Positions 26,857 to 39,816 of a stretch of 64,000 nucleotides of DNA are shown here, piece after piece. Under the pieces are notes generated by a model. The model searched no databases, was not told where the DNA came from, and was given only the letters and a program-made list of their open reading frames with translations. Source of the DNA: Haliotis cracherodii (lineage: Eukaryota); NCBI RefSeq assembly GCF_022045235.1, contig NW_027266308.1, forward strand, positions 37,076,001 through 37,140,000, written 5' to 3'. The stretch's first letter is position 1. Each line of letters starts with the position of its first letter. The position numbers were made by a program, and so were the translations under genes.

Positions 26857-27583
26857 GTAAGCCATGTATTGTCGGGGCGCAGGTGTGGCCACGTTGCCTA
26901 TGGCGTCGCAGGTCTTGCCAGAAAACCCATGCCCGTGGGTTTCAAACCCAGATTCGCATTGCCATTATATTTCTGTGGGTTTGTCAGCAAAATAACCCTG
27001 CTTGTGGATTTTACAAAACTGTAAAATTCAAACTAGACCTGCATCACTTCGGGATTTCTTCCCACATTAAGCTGACATGCTGTGTTATAACCCAAATAGT
27101 GTTCAAAGCGACGTTAAACCAGATTCACTCACTCATGTAATCCCGAGAAGAGCTGGGACGGGGACACTATTGAAGGTTGTGTTTTAATGTTTGTCTGCCT
27201 GTCTGACATTTAGAGAAAAAGACATTTTTTCTAAATTATGTTAAAGGAAGTCATCGACCGGTACCCGAAGACTGCAAGCAACACATGGACTAAATGAATG
27301 AACGAGTTTCTGCACACGCCCCACATGTTACATCACCACTACAACGTCTTGATTTGACGTAACTCGTGACATTTGGACTAATATTAGAAAGACCCTGTGA
27401 TACTTAAGATGGCTCAAATAAGTACGTCTTGTTTTTGCATAAAAAGCAGCGATGAGATTGTACGCTCAATGTGTACCTCTAAAACACGACCGAAAGCTAT
27501 ATACACAACCAATTATAAAAACCATGCATAGTAAGTTAACATTGGCGATGATGCATGTATGGATTTACCTTCTGATATTGCAG

Positions 27584-27659
27584 ATGTTGCGGTGTGTCAT
27601 CCTCGTTCTTGCGGCGACATCAGCAACGGCCGATATCGTCAAGGACTACAATGATTGTG
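27584..27659 (+). CDS. NPC2: NPC2-type signal-peptide exon 1a: alternative first coding exon of NPC2-B, or an orphan exon of a lost paralog
   Basis: 76 nt, MLRCVILVLAATSATADIVKDYNDC+G followed by donor GTATGT. Same length, phase and DCG junction as exon 1 of genes B and C. I found no exon 2-4 before the next exon 1 at 29715. Confidence 0.8.
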
Positions 27660-27735
27660 GTATGTAAAGAATACTATAGACCCGCGCGATTTCATGGGCT
27701 ACATACATATTTCGACAGGTGAAATATTGTTTAAT

Positions 27736-28165
27736 AAACAGTGGGGCAAAAGAAACTTTACCTCTCAGTTGATTTTATCATACGTTTGATTTTCAATTGA
27801 AAATATGTTAAGTTACCGATATCATATAAAAACAAAATAAATGTGCTTAGTCAGCACTAAATTAATACTTTAAAATGGCATTATTTCTTAAATCATTATT
27901 AGATTTTACATTTTTAGAAACTTTAAAAAAATGTTTCGCACAATACACAACTGCTGCATGGTAGGGCTTTTAGACACCTTAACCTTGACAATCAATAAAT
28001 GTGATTTTTGTCGGTGCAAATTTACAATATTTGGTAGGGGTCATATGCTTGCAATTCATTTCTTTTCCCAGACTTCATTTATGTTTACGCAAAATTAACC
28101 ATTTCTTTCAACTTTTAATTACACAACAAAAACAAACTGTATACTTTCTTTTGCCCCTCAGTTTA
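27736..28165. mobile_element. Tc1-like MITE directly after NPC2 exon 1a
   Basis: Inverted ends AAACAGTGGGGCAAAAGAAACTTTAC and GTATACTTTCTTTTGCCCCTCAGTTT. Confidence 0.65.
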
Positions 28166-29249
28166 TAACGTATGTATGGAGAGGGTAAGAGGGGAAGTAT
28201 TGGATATATTTATTTTCAATTACGATTGTATTATAAAGTAAAAGCCGAAAATAAACATTTGTTTCAAAGTGTTCACGGTACACACACCGTTAAGTTAAAT
28301 GATACCGTATTCCACCCCTCAAACAAGAAGGGAGCCCGAGCAGGTTAAGTGAAATAGGGTTTAATGTCGCGTTCAACATAAGTGACATATATAGCGCCGT
28401 GTTTGCATGCATGGGCGCGTGCGCGTGCGTGCGTGCGTGCGTGCGTGTGTATGCTTGTTTGTGTGTTGTTTAACGCCACACTCAGCAATATTCCAGCTAT
28501 ATGACGGCGGCCTGTAAATAATCGAGTCTGAACCAGACAATCCAGTGATTGACATCGTGAGCATCGATCTACGCAATTTGGATGCGATGACATGCATCAA
28601 CCTAGTCAGCGAGCCTGACCACCTGATCCCGTTAGTCGCCTCTTACGACAAGCCCAGTCGCCTTTTACGGCAAGCATGGGTTGCGGAAGACCCCGTATCT
28701 TCACGGGTAGTGTGTGCTTGTACTAGTCCGGACTAATGCTGGTTTTATAGTGCAGTGAAGTATGGATAGCCCACTCAGACACAGTATACCGACTTCGATC
28801 CGACCAGTTCTTTTATCCCAATAATGCCAGACAGGGTAACAATAAGTACCATCTTTTAACGATTTAAGGTATAACGCAGCCAGGGAAGCGAACCATCGAC
28901 CTTCCGCTCCTGGGGCAGACGCTCTATCCGCTACGCCGCGGCGGCAAGTCCCAGGCAAGTGTACTTGAAGTCGATCAAGTACCACATTTTAAGTAAATTC
29001 AAATTTGACGATCTTCATGTGTATCCTTATTACACACAATGTCTCTGTTTGACGCTTGTCATATATTAGCTGTCTGAAACGAGACCAAGGGTAGAGCCCC
29101 CCACCCCCCATACACACTTTGTCTTTTTATGAACTGTCATTACATATTAACATCTTAAAGTCTTACAGGGTATGTGCCTTGATCTCCTATTGACCTCAAC
29201 ACACCTAAGTCAACCCAACAATTATTGTAAGCAGAGCTCATAACATTTA

Positions 29250-29405
29250 GCAAGTCATCCACCCTCGTTGTGTACGGATGGATGTCAAAGTTCGTAACAT
29301 CCTGAATTACACACTGGTCTTGAAATAAAGGTCAATGTGTAATTCAGGATGTTTAGACCTTTGACGTCCATTCTGTCCCGCTGTCGCACGAGACTGGACG
29401 AGTTC
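29250..29405. repeat. Palindromic (foldback/MITE-like) element between the two NPC2-B first exons
   Basis: Arms ATGGATGTCAAAGTTCGTAACATCCTGAATTACACA and TGTGTAATTCAGGATGTTTAGACCTTTGACGTCCAT around a ~22-nt spacer. Confidence 0.7.
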
Positions 29406-29714
29406 ATTGTAACACTTAGGGAAGTCAATATACTACTATCATAGACACACCAAAATGAACAAAGAATTTGTGTCAGTTACTATGAAACATGGTCGGCTAT
29501 GAGTGATAGAATTTAAACAATGGTACTTATAGATTATATGGACCTTTTGCGAAATCGGGATCTTGAACGACCCATGACCCATCACCCCTCCCTACTTGTG
29601 GTAGATGCACCGATTGGTATGACACTCGTGAGCGCTCGTGCGCGTGGCTGAATTGAACTGGCAGGTGGACAAGACAGACAGCTTGTGTGATTTATTCCGT
29701 TTTATTCATCCAAC

Positions 29715-32700
29715 ATGATTCGAATTTTCGTGTTGAGTGTAGCTGTGTATGTGGCTATTGCAGCTGAAGTAAAAGACTTCAAGGATTGTGGTGAGACTGT
29801 TTGTATACAAGCTATATAGGACTTAGAACGCGATTTGATCGTTGGTAACTCATATCTCCATCTAACACGTTACGAGCGGAGATGTAAAATATGTAATTTC
29901 TCTATAATAATTGAATCGTGTTATTTCAGACTATAACAGAATGGAGTTTAGCTATAAAATACTTAGATAAGGATGTATTGGAAATAAACATTTCAATCAT
30001 AGTATATGTTTATTGATAACAAACTCGTTTGGTTAAAACTTCGTCCCAGAACACCTGCCTCGATTTTGAAAAAAACCATAACCCCTGACTAGAAGCGTCA
30101 TAAATCATTTTTACTTAAGGTTAGGGATCAGCTGCCCGAATCCAGGTAGCATTTGAAGCATGACTTACCTGAGAAAATGTTTCACTAGTTTGTGTATCAA
30201 TGTTTAGTAATAGAGAAATATCTCGTTGATTGGGCGTGTATGAGCGTGACGTCATCATATTATGGTACACTCGCGTGATGACCGTATTCCCTCCGTCCGA
30301 CGTTCTCCACCAGCTGTTCTGTATGAGAGGCCATAGTATCGTTGTTCAGTAGTAATGGCGGTACCTGAATATATATTACTTACCGTCTGATAGGGATCCC
30401 CCCCCCCCCCCCCCCCCCCCCCCAACACACACACACACGCGCGCGCGCAACACACCCATTAAAGTTACAAATGGCCTAAGTGGACCTCCCTTTTTTAGAT
30501 CCTGGAACCGCCCCTGACAATGGAACACGAAACACTTGTATACCGTGATGTGGATTAAAATATCATTTAGTGTGAATTGTTTAACATCGTTATTAAACCT
30601 GTGTTCATATCATTTACGTCGCTATATGGCTGAAATAATGCCGATGCGACGTTAAATTTTAACTCTCTCACTCATATCATTTACCATACTCTGGGTGTTT
30701 ATGTCTTCATGGTTGAATGTTGTGTTTATCGTCGGGTGTGTATGTTGCATGCTACTTGATGTTAGATGATGATGTACTTTATGATAAAACTCCCAGACCA
30801 TCTGTCGCGTGAAGTGTGCTCCCCGGGAAGCTGACTGTGTGCACTGATTCATTAATAACATTTTGCCGCCATGAACACGCCTCAGGGCATGTATACTGCT
30901 CCAAATAAGCATAATGTGTGTGTCTGGTTTTTAAATTATTTTTTTGTTATTTATGTATTTTGTTACTTATTAATTTATCTTGTTATAAAAGTTTTGTTTA
31001 AATTTGGTATAATAAATTATCATATTATTATTTCTTTGTTTATTTATTTATTTTATTATCATATTAATCATCATCGCATATTTATCTCGAGGCCAGTGGG
31101 CTGTTTCTAATACGGAAAGTCGTTCATGAGGATGATTGTACTATTCGTCAGTTTACATATTCTTGTATTTTCTGTATGTTGCAGGTTCTGTAAGCGGCAA
31201 GATCGACACCCTTGACATCAGGCCATGTCCCTCCTTCCCTTGCCAGTTCCCCAAGGGCAAGAACGTCACCGTCTCCATCACCATGACAGCGAGTACTGTG
31301 ACATTTAATGGATCTGAACGAACCACCCAACTCCCGTCCTTTCATATACACCATTAGTCTGACTGCCAGACCCTAGAGAATAAATTAAAAAAGGAGTCCA
31401 ACTCAAGTCTAGAATGATTTAGCAAGTCTACATTGCCTCGGCTCTCGGCTGAGTCCGAAATTAAGGCTTGTTCTGGGCTCCATTTGGATATTATTATTTT
31501 TATATTTTGTAGATATATATTTTTAAATAAGACAACCTATTTTTGGGACGAGGTGTCGGTCTGATACAGCATATATGTATATGCAAGATGCAAATCACTG
31601 GATTGTCGGGTCTAGACTCGATTATTTACAGACCGCCGTCATATAGCATTATTATTAAGTAACAAACAAACACACGACATTGGTAAATTCTCCATAATTT
31701 ACTTGGCAGAGTTGCGCCCTTTGGCGTGCCATGACCCGTTGATCATGAAGATCCGGGGTAGAATAGGTCTTCAGCAACCCATGCTTGCCGTAAAAGGCGA
31801 CCATGCTTTTCGTAAGAGGCGACTAACGGGATCGGGTGGTCAGGCTCGCTGACTTGGCTGATGCATGTCATCGTGTCCCTTTGCGTAGATCGATGCTCAT
31901 GACATCGATCACTAGATTGTCTGGTTCAGACTCGATTATTTGCAGACCGCGGTCATATAGCTGGACTGTGCGGCGTTAATAAAAAACAAACACAGCTTAA
32001 TCTTCACCATTGTTTTTGCCTTTTACGCCCAATGGAATCTATTTCGGCAGTTAGTTGAGACTGATTGTTCTCTGTATTATAATGTCATACCAGGCCCGTT
32101 AAGCTGAGTCGTTAATGAACTCAGTGCGTTAAAAGCCATTCAAACTCAATTGAGGCATAAGATATACAATAGCGTGTAGAATGATATTTTTGGAAAATCT
32201 GCTGTTACCTTTTTTGAAATATGAAATAACGCAAGTATACCTCTTTCCAAAACACGATTAATTAAAATATAATGTCAATAATAATCTTTTCTTTAGCTTT
32301 GAGTTTCTAAAACGGCTACATGTGTACAACATTCCAGTCTTATAGGAACTGTCTCTTGTGTGCACAGATGCCAAGTTGACGGAGGCTAAGACCGTTGTCC
32401 ATGGCATTATCGACGGCATCAACACGCCCTTCCCCATCAACCAGCCGGACGCCTGCCAAGACATGACCTGCCCCGTTGACAGCGGATCGGAAGTCACCTA
32501 CACAAATTCCATATTCGTTCGGGAGGTCTTTCCTAAGGTAATGTCTTCGGCAAAACAGCCCTGTGGGGAATTCGGGTCGGAACATGTCCCAAGTATGTTA
32601 TGCCTGTCGTTCATGGGGGGTCAGGTGGTGAGGTGACTTGACTGGTTATGCCATGTTCCCCGACAACGTGGGACGTTGCTTATGCGAAGAGATTAGTTTC

Positions 32701-34337
32701 ACCATGGACACTTAATACGATTATATTTAGGGTCCATGGTTTCACCTTACCTGTCCTGGTCATTCTCTGACCGGGGGCACGGGTGGCCCAGTCGTCTCAG
32801 GCGCTGCGTCCCTTGGACACGCCAGAAACCTATGATTGTTGGTTCGAATCCCGGTTCGCCCTGATTATGTTTCTAGGTTTGTCAGCACCATACCCGTGCT
32901 CGTGTGTTTCACCGAAGTGGTAAAGGTCTGAGACATGCGTCACTTCGGCTTTCTCCCACATTTAGCTGACACGCCGTGATATGACTGGAATAATGTAAAA
33001 AGCGGCGTTAAACCCAACTCACTCACTCACTCACTCACTGCTGTGATAATTACAGCTGAAATAGTTTTGGCCTGAAACTACCAAAACATTCACGTGGAAT
33101 CTATAATTTAAACACTGAAACGCACACTTAGACCTGCTATACAGAAACAGACACGTTGAAATGGAATGACCCTATCTCACATGATACATTTCACTGAAAT
33201 CGGTGTGACCTTGTTATTCATTATTGGGGTGGGGTTGTGTTGTGCACTTGCTGTAGGTTGCCACTGTGATGAGGATCGAGTGGTCAAAATGGCTGCCGGG
33301 TATGAATTTGCGAAATGTGACACTCGAAATTGGGCCATCCTTGCCTGAATTGAGCCTTCCGCGTGTAAACCATGTGCGGTGCTTATTATTTCTGACCCCC
33401 CGTCGTGATATGGAAGCGGTCTAAACATAACTCACTCATTGTGACAAAGACAACTGTGTACAGCTTCCAGTTGGGTGAACTGATGGTAAAGACCCCAAAA
33501 TTCTCTGTTGAAACGTTGCTGTACCACGTTAAAACCTTTTCACTCACTGACCTCTCCTCAGTAAAAGGGGCGGTCTGGTAGCCTTGTGGTTAAAGCGTTT
33601 CTCGTCACGCCGAATGCCCAGGTTCGATTCCTAACCTGGGCACGATGTGTGAAGCCCATTTCTGTTGCCACCACCGTGATTTTGCTGGAATATTGCTAAG
33701 AGTGGCGTAAACCACACTCACTTACTCCCGTGACCCGTGGTGACCCGTGGTGATCCGTGGTGATCCGTGAAGATCCGGGGTAGAATAGGTCTTCAGCAAC
33801 ACATGCTTGCCGTTAAAAGCGACTCTGCTTGTCGTAAGAGGCGACTTACGGGATCGGGTGGTCAGGCTCGCTGACTTGGTTGATGCATGTCCTCGTATAC
33901 CAGTTGCGTGCATCGATGCTCATGGTGTCAATCACTGGATTGTCTGGTCCAGACAGCCCTGCCGTCATACAGCTGAAATATTGCTGCATGCAGCGTTAAA
34001 CAAACAAAACTCCGCAGTGGAAACATTCACACGACATCAAGTATCATAAATCTACACTACCCATGTGTTGTTGTGAAGGGTTGACATTCAGACTGCTTCC
34101 TATTCCAAGAATGTTGACAGAATGTAAAGTGATGTCATTAAGAATTTTGAAAATACAATGTAATCGTGACTCTGGAATGCCCTAATGCCATTTGTTGCAA
34201 AATTGTTTTTCTTTTAAATCAGCACTCTGACTGGATGCCACGTTTTTCAGATCCGCCTGGTGGTCAAGTGGGAGATTCAAGACCAATCCGGACAGGACTT
34301 CATCTGCTTCGAGGTTCCGGCGGAAATCACCGATTGA
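29715..34337 (+). CDS. NPC2: NPC2-like ML-domain protein, paralog B
   Basis: Exons 29715-29790 (MIRIFVLSVAVYVAIAAEVKDFKDC), 31185-31292 (GSVSGKIDTLDIRPCPSFPCQFPKGKNVTVSITMTA), 32368-32537 (NAKLTEAKTVVHGIIDGINTPFPINQPDACQDMTCPV...VREVFPK), 34251-34337 (IRLVVKWEIQDQSGQDFICFEVPAEITD*). All six canonical cysteines are present. Confidence 0.93.
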
Positions 34338-35296
34338 GCATGTGCAATATACGTCACGTTTTAGCATGTTGTATTTATATAGGAATTTGTGTCTGATTCC
34401 ATTCTTGAAGAGATTGTTAAGTTTGGTTTGTTGTCGAAATACTAAACTGTTACCGCTGTCTTGTGTTTTGCGTTGATATTCGACCTAGTTAGAATATTGC
34501 CGTTTGATCGTTCGCTTGTAGCGTCGAGGGTTCGATTCCGAAGTATGTACCTGGTGTTCATCGCCTGGACATTGCTGTGGTATTGCGACGAGCAAATAAT
34601 CAATTTGTGGTGACCTTGTAAGTGATGTGTACATGTACAAGACTCCGCAACCCATGCTTGCCGTCATATAGCATTATTATTAAGTAACAAACGAACACAT
34701 GACATTGGTAAATTCTCCATAATTTACTTGGCAGAGTTTCGCCCTTTGGCGTACCATGACCCGTTGATCATGAAGATCCGGGGTAGAATAGGTCTTCAGC
34801 AACCCATGCTTGCCGCAAAAGGCGACTATGCTTGTCGTAAGAGGCGACTAACGGAATCGGGTGGTCAGGCTCGCTGACTTGGCTGATGTATGTCATCGTA
34901 TCCAAATTGCGTGGATCGATGCTCGTGATGTCAATCAATGGATTGCCTGGTCCAGTCTCGATTATTTACAGACCACTGTCATATAGCTTGAATATTGCTG
35001 AGTGCGGCGTTGAACAACAAAGAAACAAACTTGTACAAGATGATGATGTGAACAGTACGTTTTGACAGTGTTGTCTTCACAGTATGATTTACGATGGAAG
35101 ACAACGCTGACACCACGCAAAAACCAAACCGGTGAAGTTTAACTCACCTATAATGACATAGGGACCACCCCCTTGGTCAAGTGGATAGAGCGTCTACCCC
35201 AAGATCGGAAGGTCGGCGTTTCGACCCCGGCCATGTCATACCCTGACTCAAAAACGATGACAAGCCAGGATAAATGCAAGGGCACTGTTTGTTTGA

Positions 35297-35458
35297 GTGA
35301 GTGAGTATGGTTTTACGCCGCTTTTAGCAATATTCCAGCAATATCACGGCGGGGGACACCAGAAATGGGCTTCACACATTGTACCCATGTCGGGAATCGA
35401 ACCCGGGTCTTCGGCGTGACGAGCGAACGCTTTAACCACTAGGCTACCCGACCGCCCC
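35297..35458 (-). mobile_element. SINE F1, near-consensus young copy
   Basis: Almost identical to the copies at 40041-40204 and 60972-61140; flanked by direct repeat CTGTTTGTTTGAG. Confidence 0.85.
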
Positions 35459-35659
35459 CTGTTTGTTTGAGCGACATTGCCATGATCATATATATATCTT
35501 CTAAAAGCAAGCGTCAGTAATGATTCATATCATAAGTATGTGATTATTAATTACTATGCATTAGTGATGATACCAGGTGTGCGTATCCTGTCTCAAGAAA
35601 CACATGCAAAGGCAAGGTAATTCTTCACCTGAACAAACAGGGGAACATGTGGTACAAGT

Positions 35660-36860
35660 CAAAACAGGGAACAGTATCGGACATAATTTTGATCACCTGA
35701 TGCGTCAAGTTTGAAAATATCCTTCGCATGACTGCAACAAAACGTTTTCAAACTGTAACACTGTTCAAACATCTTTTGAGCAAGAGTCGTGTAATGCTCA
35801 TTGAAGTGTATGCAGAAAGGGCGTGCTCGATTGTACTTCAAAAGTTGTGAGTGAGTGAGTTGGGTTTAACGCATCTTATAACAGTATTCCAGTTATATCG
35901 CGGCGTGTCAGCTAATTGTGGGAGGAAAGCCCGGAGTGATGAAGGTCTCAGACGTTAACCACTTCGGTGAAACCCACGAGCACGGGTATGGTGCTGACAA
36001 ACCTAGAAACATAATCAGGGCGAACCGGGATTCGAACCTACAATCATAGGTTTCTGGCGTGCCCAAGGGACGCAACTCTGCACAGCGAATCGCGGCGCCT
36101 TAGACGACTGGACGACCCATGCCCCCTCAAAAGTTGTGAAATGTAGACACCAAAGGCAGGAGCTGCTGGAATATTGATTGACATGAAGGGAAAGTTGAAG
36201 TCATCCCATCTTGTGCCGTCTTGTGGTAACCTGTCTTCATGCAATGATCTAAATATGTAACAGACGAGGCGGTCTCCCTGGTCTCTTATTTCTAGTTCTG
36301 ATGAATGAATTAGTGGAAGGGAATCCGCTTTTGGACAATTATTGAATAATATAAACTCATCTTTACCTGAAGCTTAAGTTCCCATGTTTTGATTTTGCCA
36401 GAACGGGCAGAAATGCTGGTTCATACGCATAAAGACATAGATCAGCATGCAGCATATTTGTTCCTCTGGGAGGCCAACTTTTGCCTAAACGACCTGTCTC
36501 CCAATTTCAGAGAGAAGTCCAGAATCTCATATATTGTGTTCTCAGTAAACTTGGGTGGTAATTGCTTTTATTTTTGATTGTCCTGATTACCCTGAACCCT
36601 TGAAGATAGAGATGTGACATAACCTATTGGCAACACTTTTAACGACAAATGTCCCATGGATGAAGGAATCAAGTCTTTCCTAAGTTTGTCGCGTGGAATT
36701 GTGATTTATAAAGCGGCCAAATCAACTTTTGACATGACTGAACTTCGTTCTTTTCTGAGATTTCAATAACTCAAGAAATATATTTGATCCACCTGATCTT
36801 AAAATCCACTTGCCTCAAATAATTTCTGGGAAAATAAAGATAGTCCTTTCTAATTTGTTG
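35660..36860 (-). mobile_element. Decayed Penelope-like reverse transcriptase fragment, interrupted by SINE F3
   Basis: Minus-strand motifs ADLCLYAYE, RWDDFNFPFMSINIPAAPAFGVYISQLL and, after removing the SINE (TSD TCAAAAGTTGTGA), KYNRA...HYTTLAQKMFEQCY. These match the recalled Penelope-type RT C-terminus DKRDDFNF...NIP..PAYGVYISQLIRY. Frameshifted. Confidence 0.75.
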
Positions 36861-37351
36861 TATCTTCACGAAGCAAGGGAGTAAACTGACTCTAAATGTC
36901 CAGTTTCCACCTTTGCCGAACTGGACTGGAATTTCCAGGCTCGATCGAAGCGCACTCAGTGGCTATTACGAGTTACGTCCCTTCTATGCCTCCTATTGAC
37001 CAATCAGATTCCACCTCGCGATCTGATCGATGGTCAAGACCTATATTGTTATAAAACGGGTCTTACCTCGCGACGTACATCAAAACACCTGCGCACCTTG
37101 ATTAAAAACATGAAAAGATTTGCAAAATATCTGTCGACGCACAGTTGACGATACACATCCTTTGCAAATCCTGCAGTCAACCGACATCTGCACGTTGAAA
37201 TCCATGTTTACGAACCGGATGTCGATTTCCTTACGCGATTTTGATTCGACTATGCATTGCCAAAATATAACTCCATAACTATAGCCTAGTTCGGCAAGGG
37301 TGGATACAGGGCATTTATACAGTCCGTTAACTCCCTTGGCTCGGGAAGATG
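36861..37351. mobile_element. Second, more diverged copy of the 24896-25436 MITE, opposite orientation
   Basis: Same TIRs and a homologous interior (GACCAATCAGATTCCACCTC). Confidence 0.8.
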
Positions 37352-37910
37352 TGTTTATGTTAATCCTTGCGACAGGGATGTGGTGGTACAATTGCTGGAC
37401 CAAGCAATATATATCTCTTTATTAGAATGTTATGAAACTTTAGAGTCCATTTCAAAAGAGGAATGGACATGTTTTTCCACCAAAAAAACATGTGCAGCAA
37501 CACCGGACTTCTTACCTCAAACGTACCAAAACAGAAGCGTGAGAACTGCGGGATCGATGCAAGTGCTTGTATTGCACGTGAGACGCTATGAATAGGGCCA
37601 TAAAATTGGGAGTCTGTGAACAAACTGAAGCACGGTGGAACAACATCGTCGTTGGACGTCTGGAAGCAGGAGAGTTGTAGCTATGGTATTCTATGTGTCC
37701 GGACGGCCTATACGTGGTCTGGTGGTAGAGCGTCCGGCCTGAGAGCGGAAGGTCCAGGGTTCGATCCACACTTAAAAATCGTTAAAAGATGGTTCTTCTT
37801 GTTGCTCTGTGTGGCGTTCAGCATTAAGTAGCTAAAACATGGACTGTTCGGCTCGGAGTCAGTACACCATGTCTGAGTGGGGTATTCATGTTAAACTGTG
37901 GCATGGTATC

Positions 37911-39816
37911 TGTCACGTATTGAATCAACCACAAACGCGAATTAAGTTTTGATAAAGATTTATTCCCTCCCTTAAGTTAACTTTAAACCCCAATAACAAT
38001 ACTAAATGCATACTAATTCCAAATTAACTAACACAACTAACTAAACTAGCTTAACTTATCCTATCCTACTTCTATTACGAATGTCCCCCTGCCAACAATA
38101 CTAATATCTACTACTAATACTAATATCTTACTACAAACAATACAAATATCTACTACTAATACTAATATCTTACTACAAACAATACTAATATCTACTACTA
38201 ATACTAATATCTTACTACAAACAATACTAATATCTACTACTAATACTAATATCTTACTACAAACAATACTAATATCTACTACTAATACTAATATCTTACT
38301 ACAAACAATACAAATATCTACTACTAATACTAATATCTTACTACAAACAATACAAATATCTACTACTAATACTAATATCTTACTACAAACAATACAAATA
38401 TCTACTACTAATACTAATATCTTACTACAAACATTACTAATATCTACTACTAATACTAATATCTTACTACAAACAATACTAATATCTATTACTAATACTA
38501 ATATCTTACTACAAACAATACAAATATCTACTACTAATACTAATATCTTACTACAAACAATACAAATATCTACTACTAATACTAATATCTTACTACAAAC
38601 AATACAAATATCTACTACTAATACTAATATCTTACTACCAACAATACTAATATCTACTACTAATACTAATATCTACTACTAATACTAATATCTTACTACA
38701 AACAATACTAATATCTACTACTAATACTAATATCTTACTACAAACAATACTAATATCTACTACTAATACTAATATCTACTACTAATACTAATATCTTACT
38801 ACAAACAATACTAATATCTACTACTAATACTAATATCTTACTACAAACAATACTAATATCTACTACTAATACTAATATCTTACTACAAACAATACTAATA
38901 TCTACTACTAATACTAATATCTTACTACAAACAATACAAATATCTACTACTAATACTAATATCTTACTACAAACAATACAAATATCTACTACTAATACTA
39001 ATATCTTACTACAAACAATACAAATATCTACTACTAATACTAATATCTTACTACAAACAATACTAATATCTACTACTAATACTAATATCTACCACTAATA
39101 CTAATATCTTACTACAAACAATACTAATATCTACTACTAATACTAATATCTTACTACAAACAATACTAATATCTACTACTAATACTAATATCTTACTACA
39201 AACAATACTAATATCTACTACTAATACTAATATCTTACTACAAACAATACAAATATCTACTACTAATACTAATATCTTACTACAAACAATACAAATATCT
39301 ACTACTAATACTAATATCTTACTACAAACAATACAAATATCTACTACTAATACTAATATCTTACTACAAACAATACAAATATCTACTACTAATACTAATA
39401 TCTTACTACAAACAATACAAATATCTACTACTAACAATACAACTATCACGAAATATCTACTTCTAACAATACAACTATCATGATACTACTATACTAATAC
39501 TAATAATCTCATCTAACAATACTAACACAACACTAATACAAATGTTCTAATAATAACACAACTATTACACATTGATAACATCATGGATGTACATATATAC
39601 AAAAAAACAAAACAACCAAAGCCACTCCACTGTCACTTTCCCATCAGCTATATACATAAACTCAAGAATTTCTGATCTCAATGTACACAAGAGGATACTT
39701 CCTCACAATAGAGAATGGCGATCCTCACACCCAGGCGATGTTTTCCCCACGGGTCGAGGGTGCCTGGGTTGCTTTGATGCCACGGCTGTGTTCATCCTAT
39801 GATATGCATTGCAACG
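37911..39816 (-). mobile_element. LTR-like insertion carrying a 42-bp tandem array
   Basis: Interrupts SINE F4. Starts TGTCAC on the + strand (ends ...GTGACA on the - strand) and has a minus-strand AATAAA near 37960. The other terminus and any TSD are not clean. Confidence 0.4.
38096..39440. repeat. 42-bp minisatellite, about 30 copies, with no G on the + strand
   Basis: Unit ACTAATATCTACTACTAATACTAATATCTTACTACAAACAAT (19+23 bp subunits). It produces the 14-aa periodic ORF 39063-39449. Confidence 0.95.

Noticed and set aside
39063-39449. Hydrophobic 14-aa repeat ORF (ICIVCSKILVLVVD)
   Set aside because: Translation of the G-free satellite, with no gene context.
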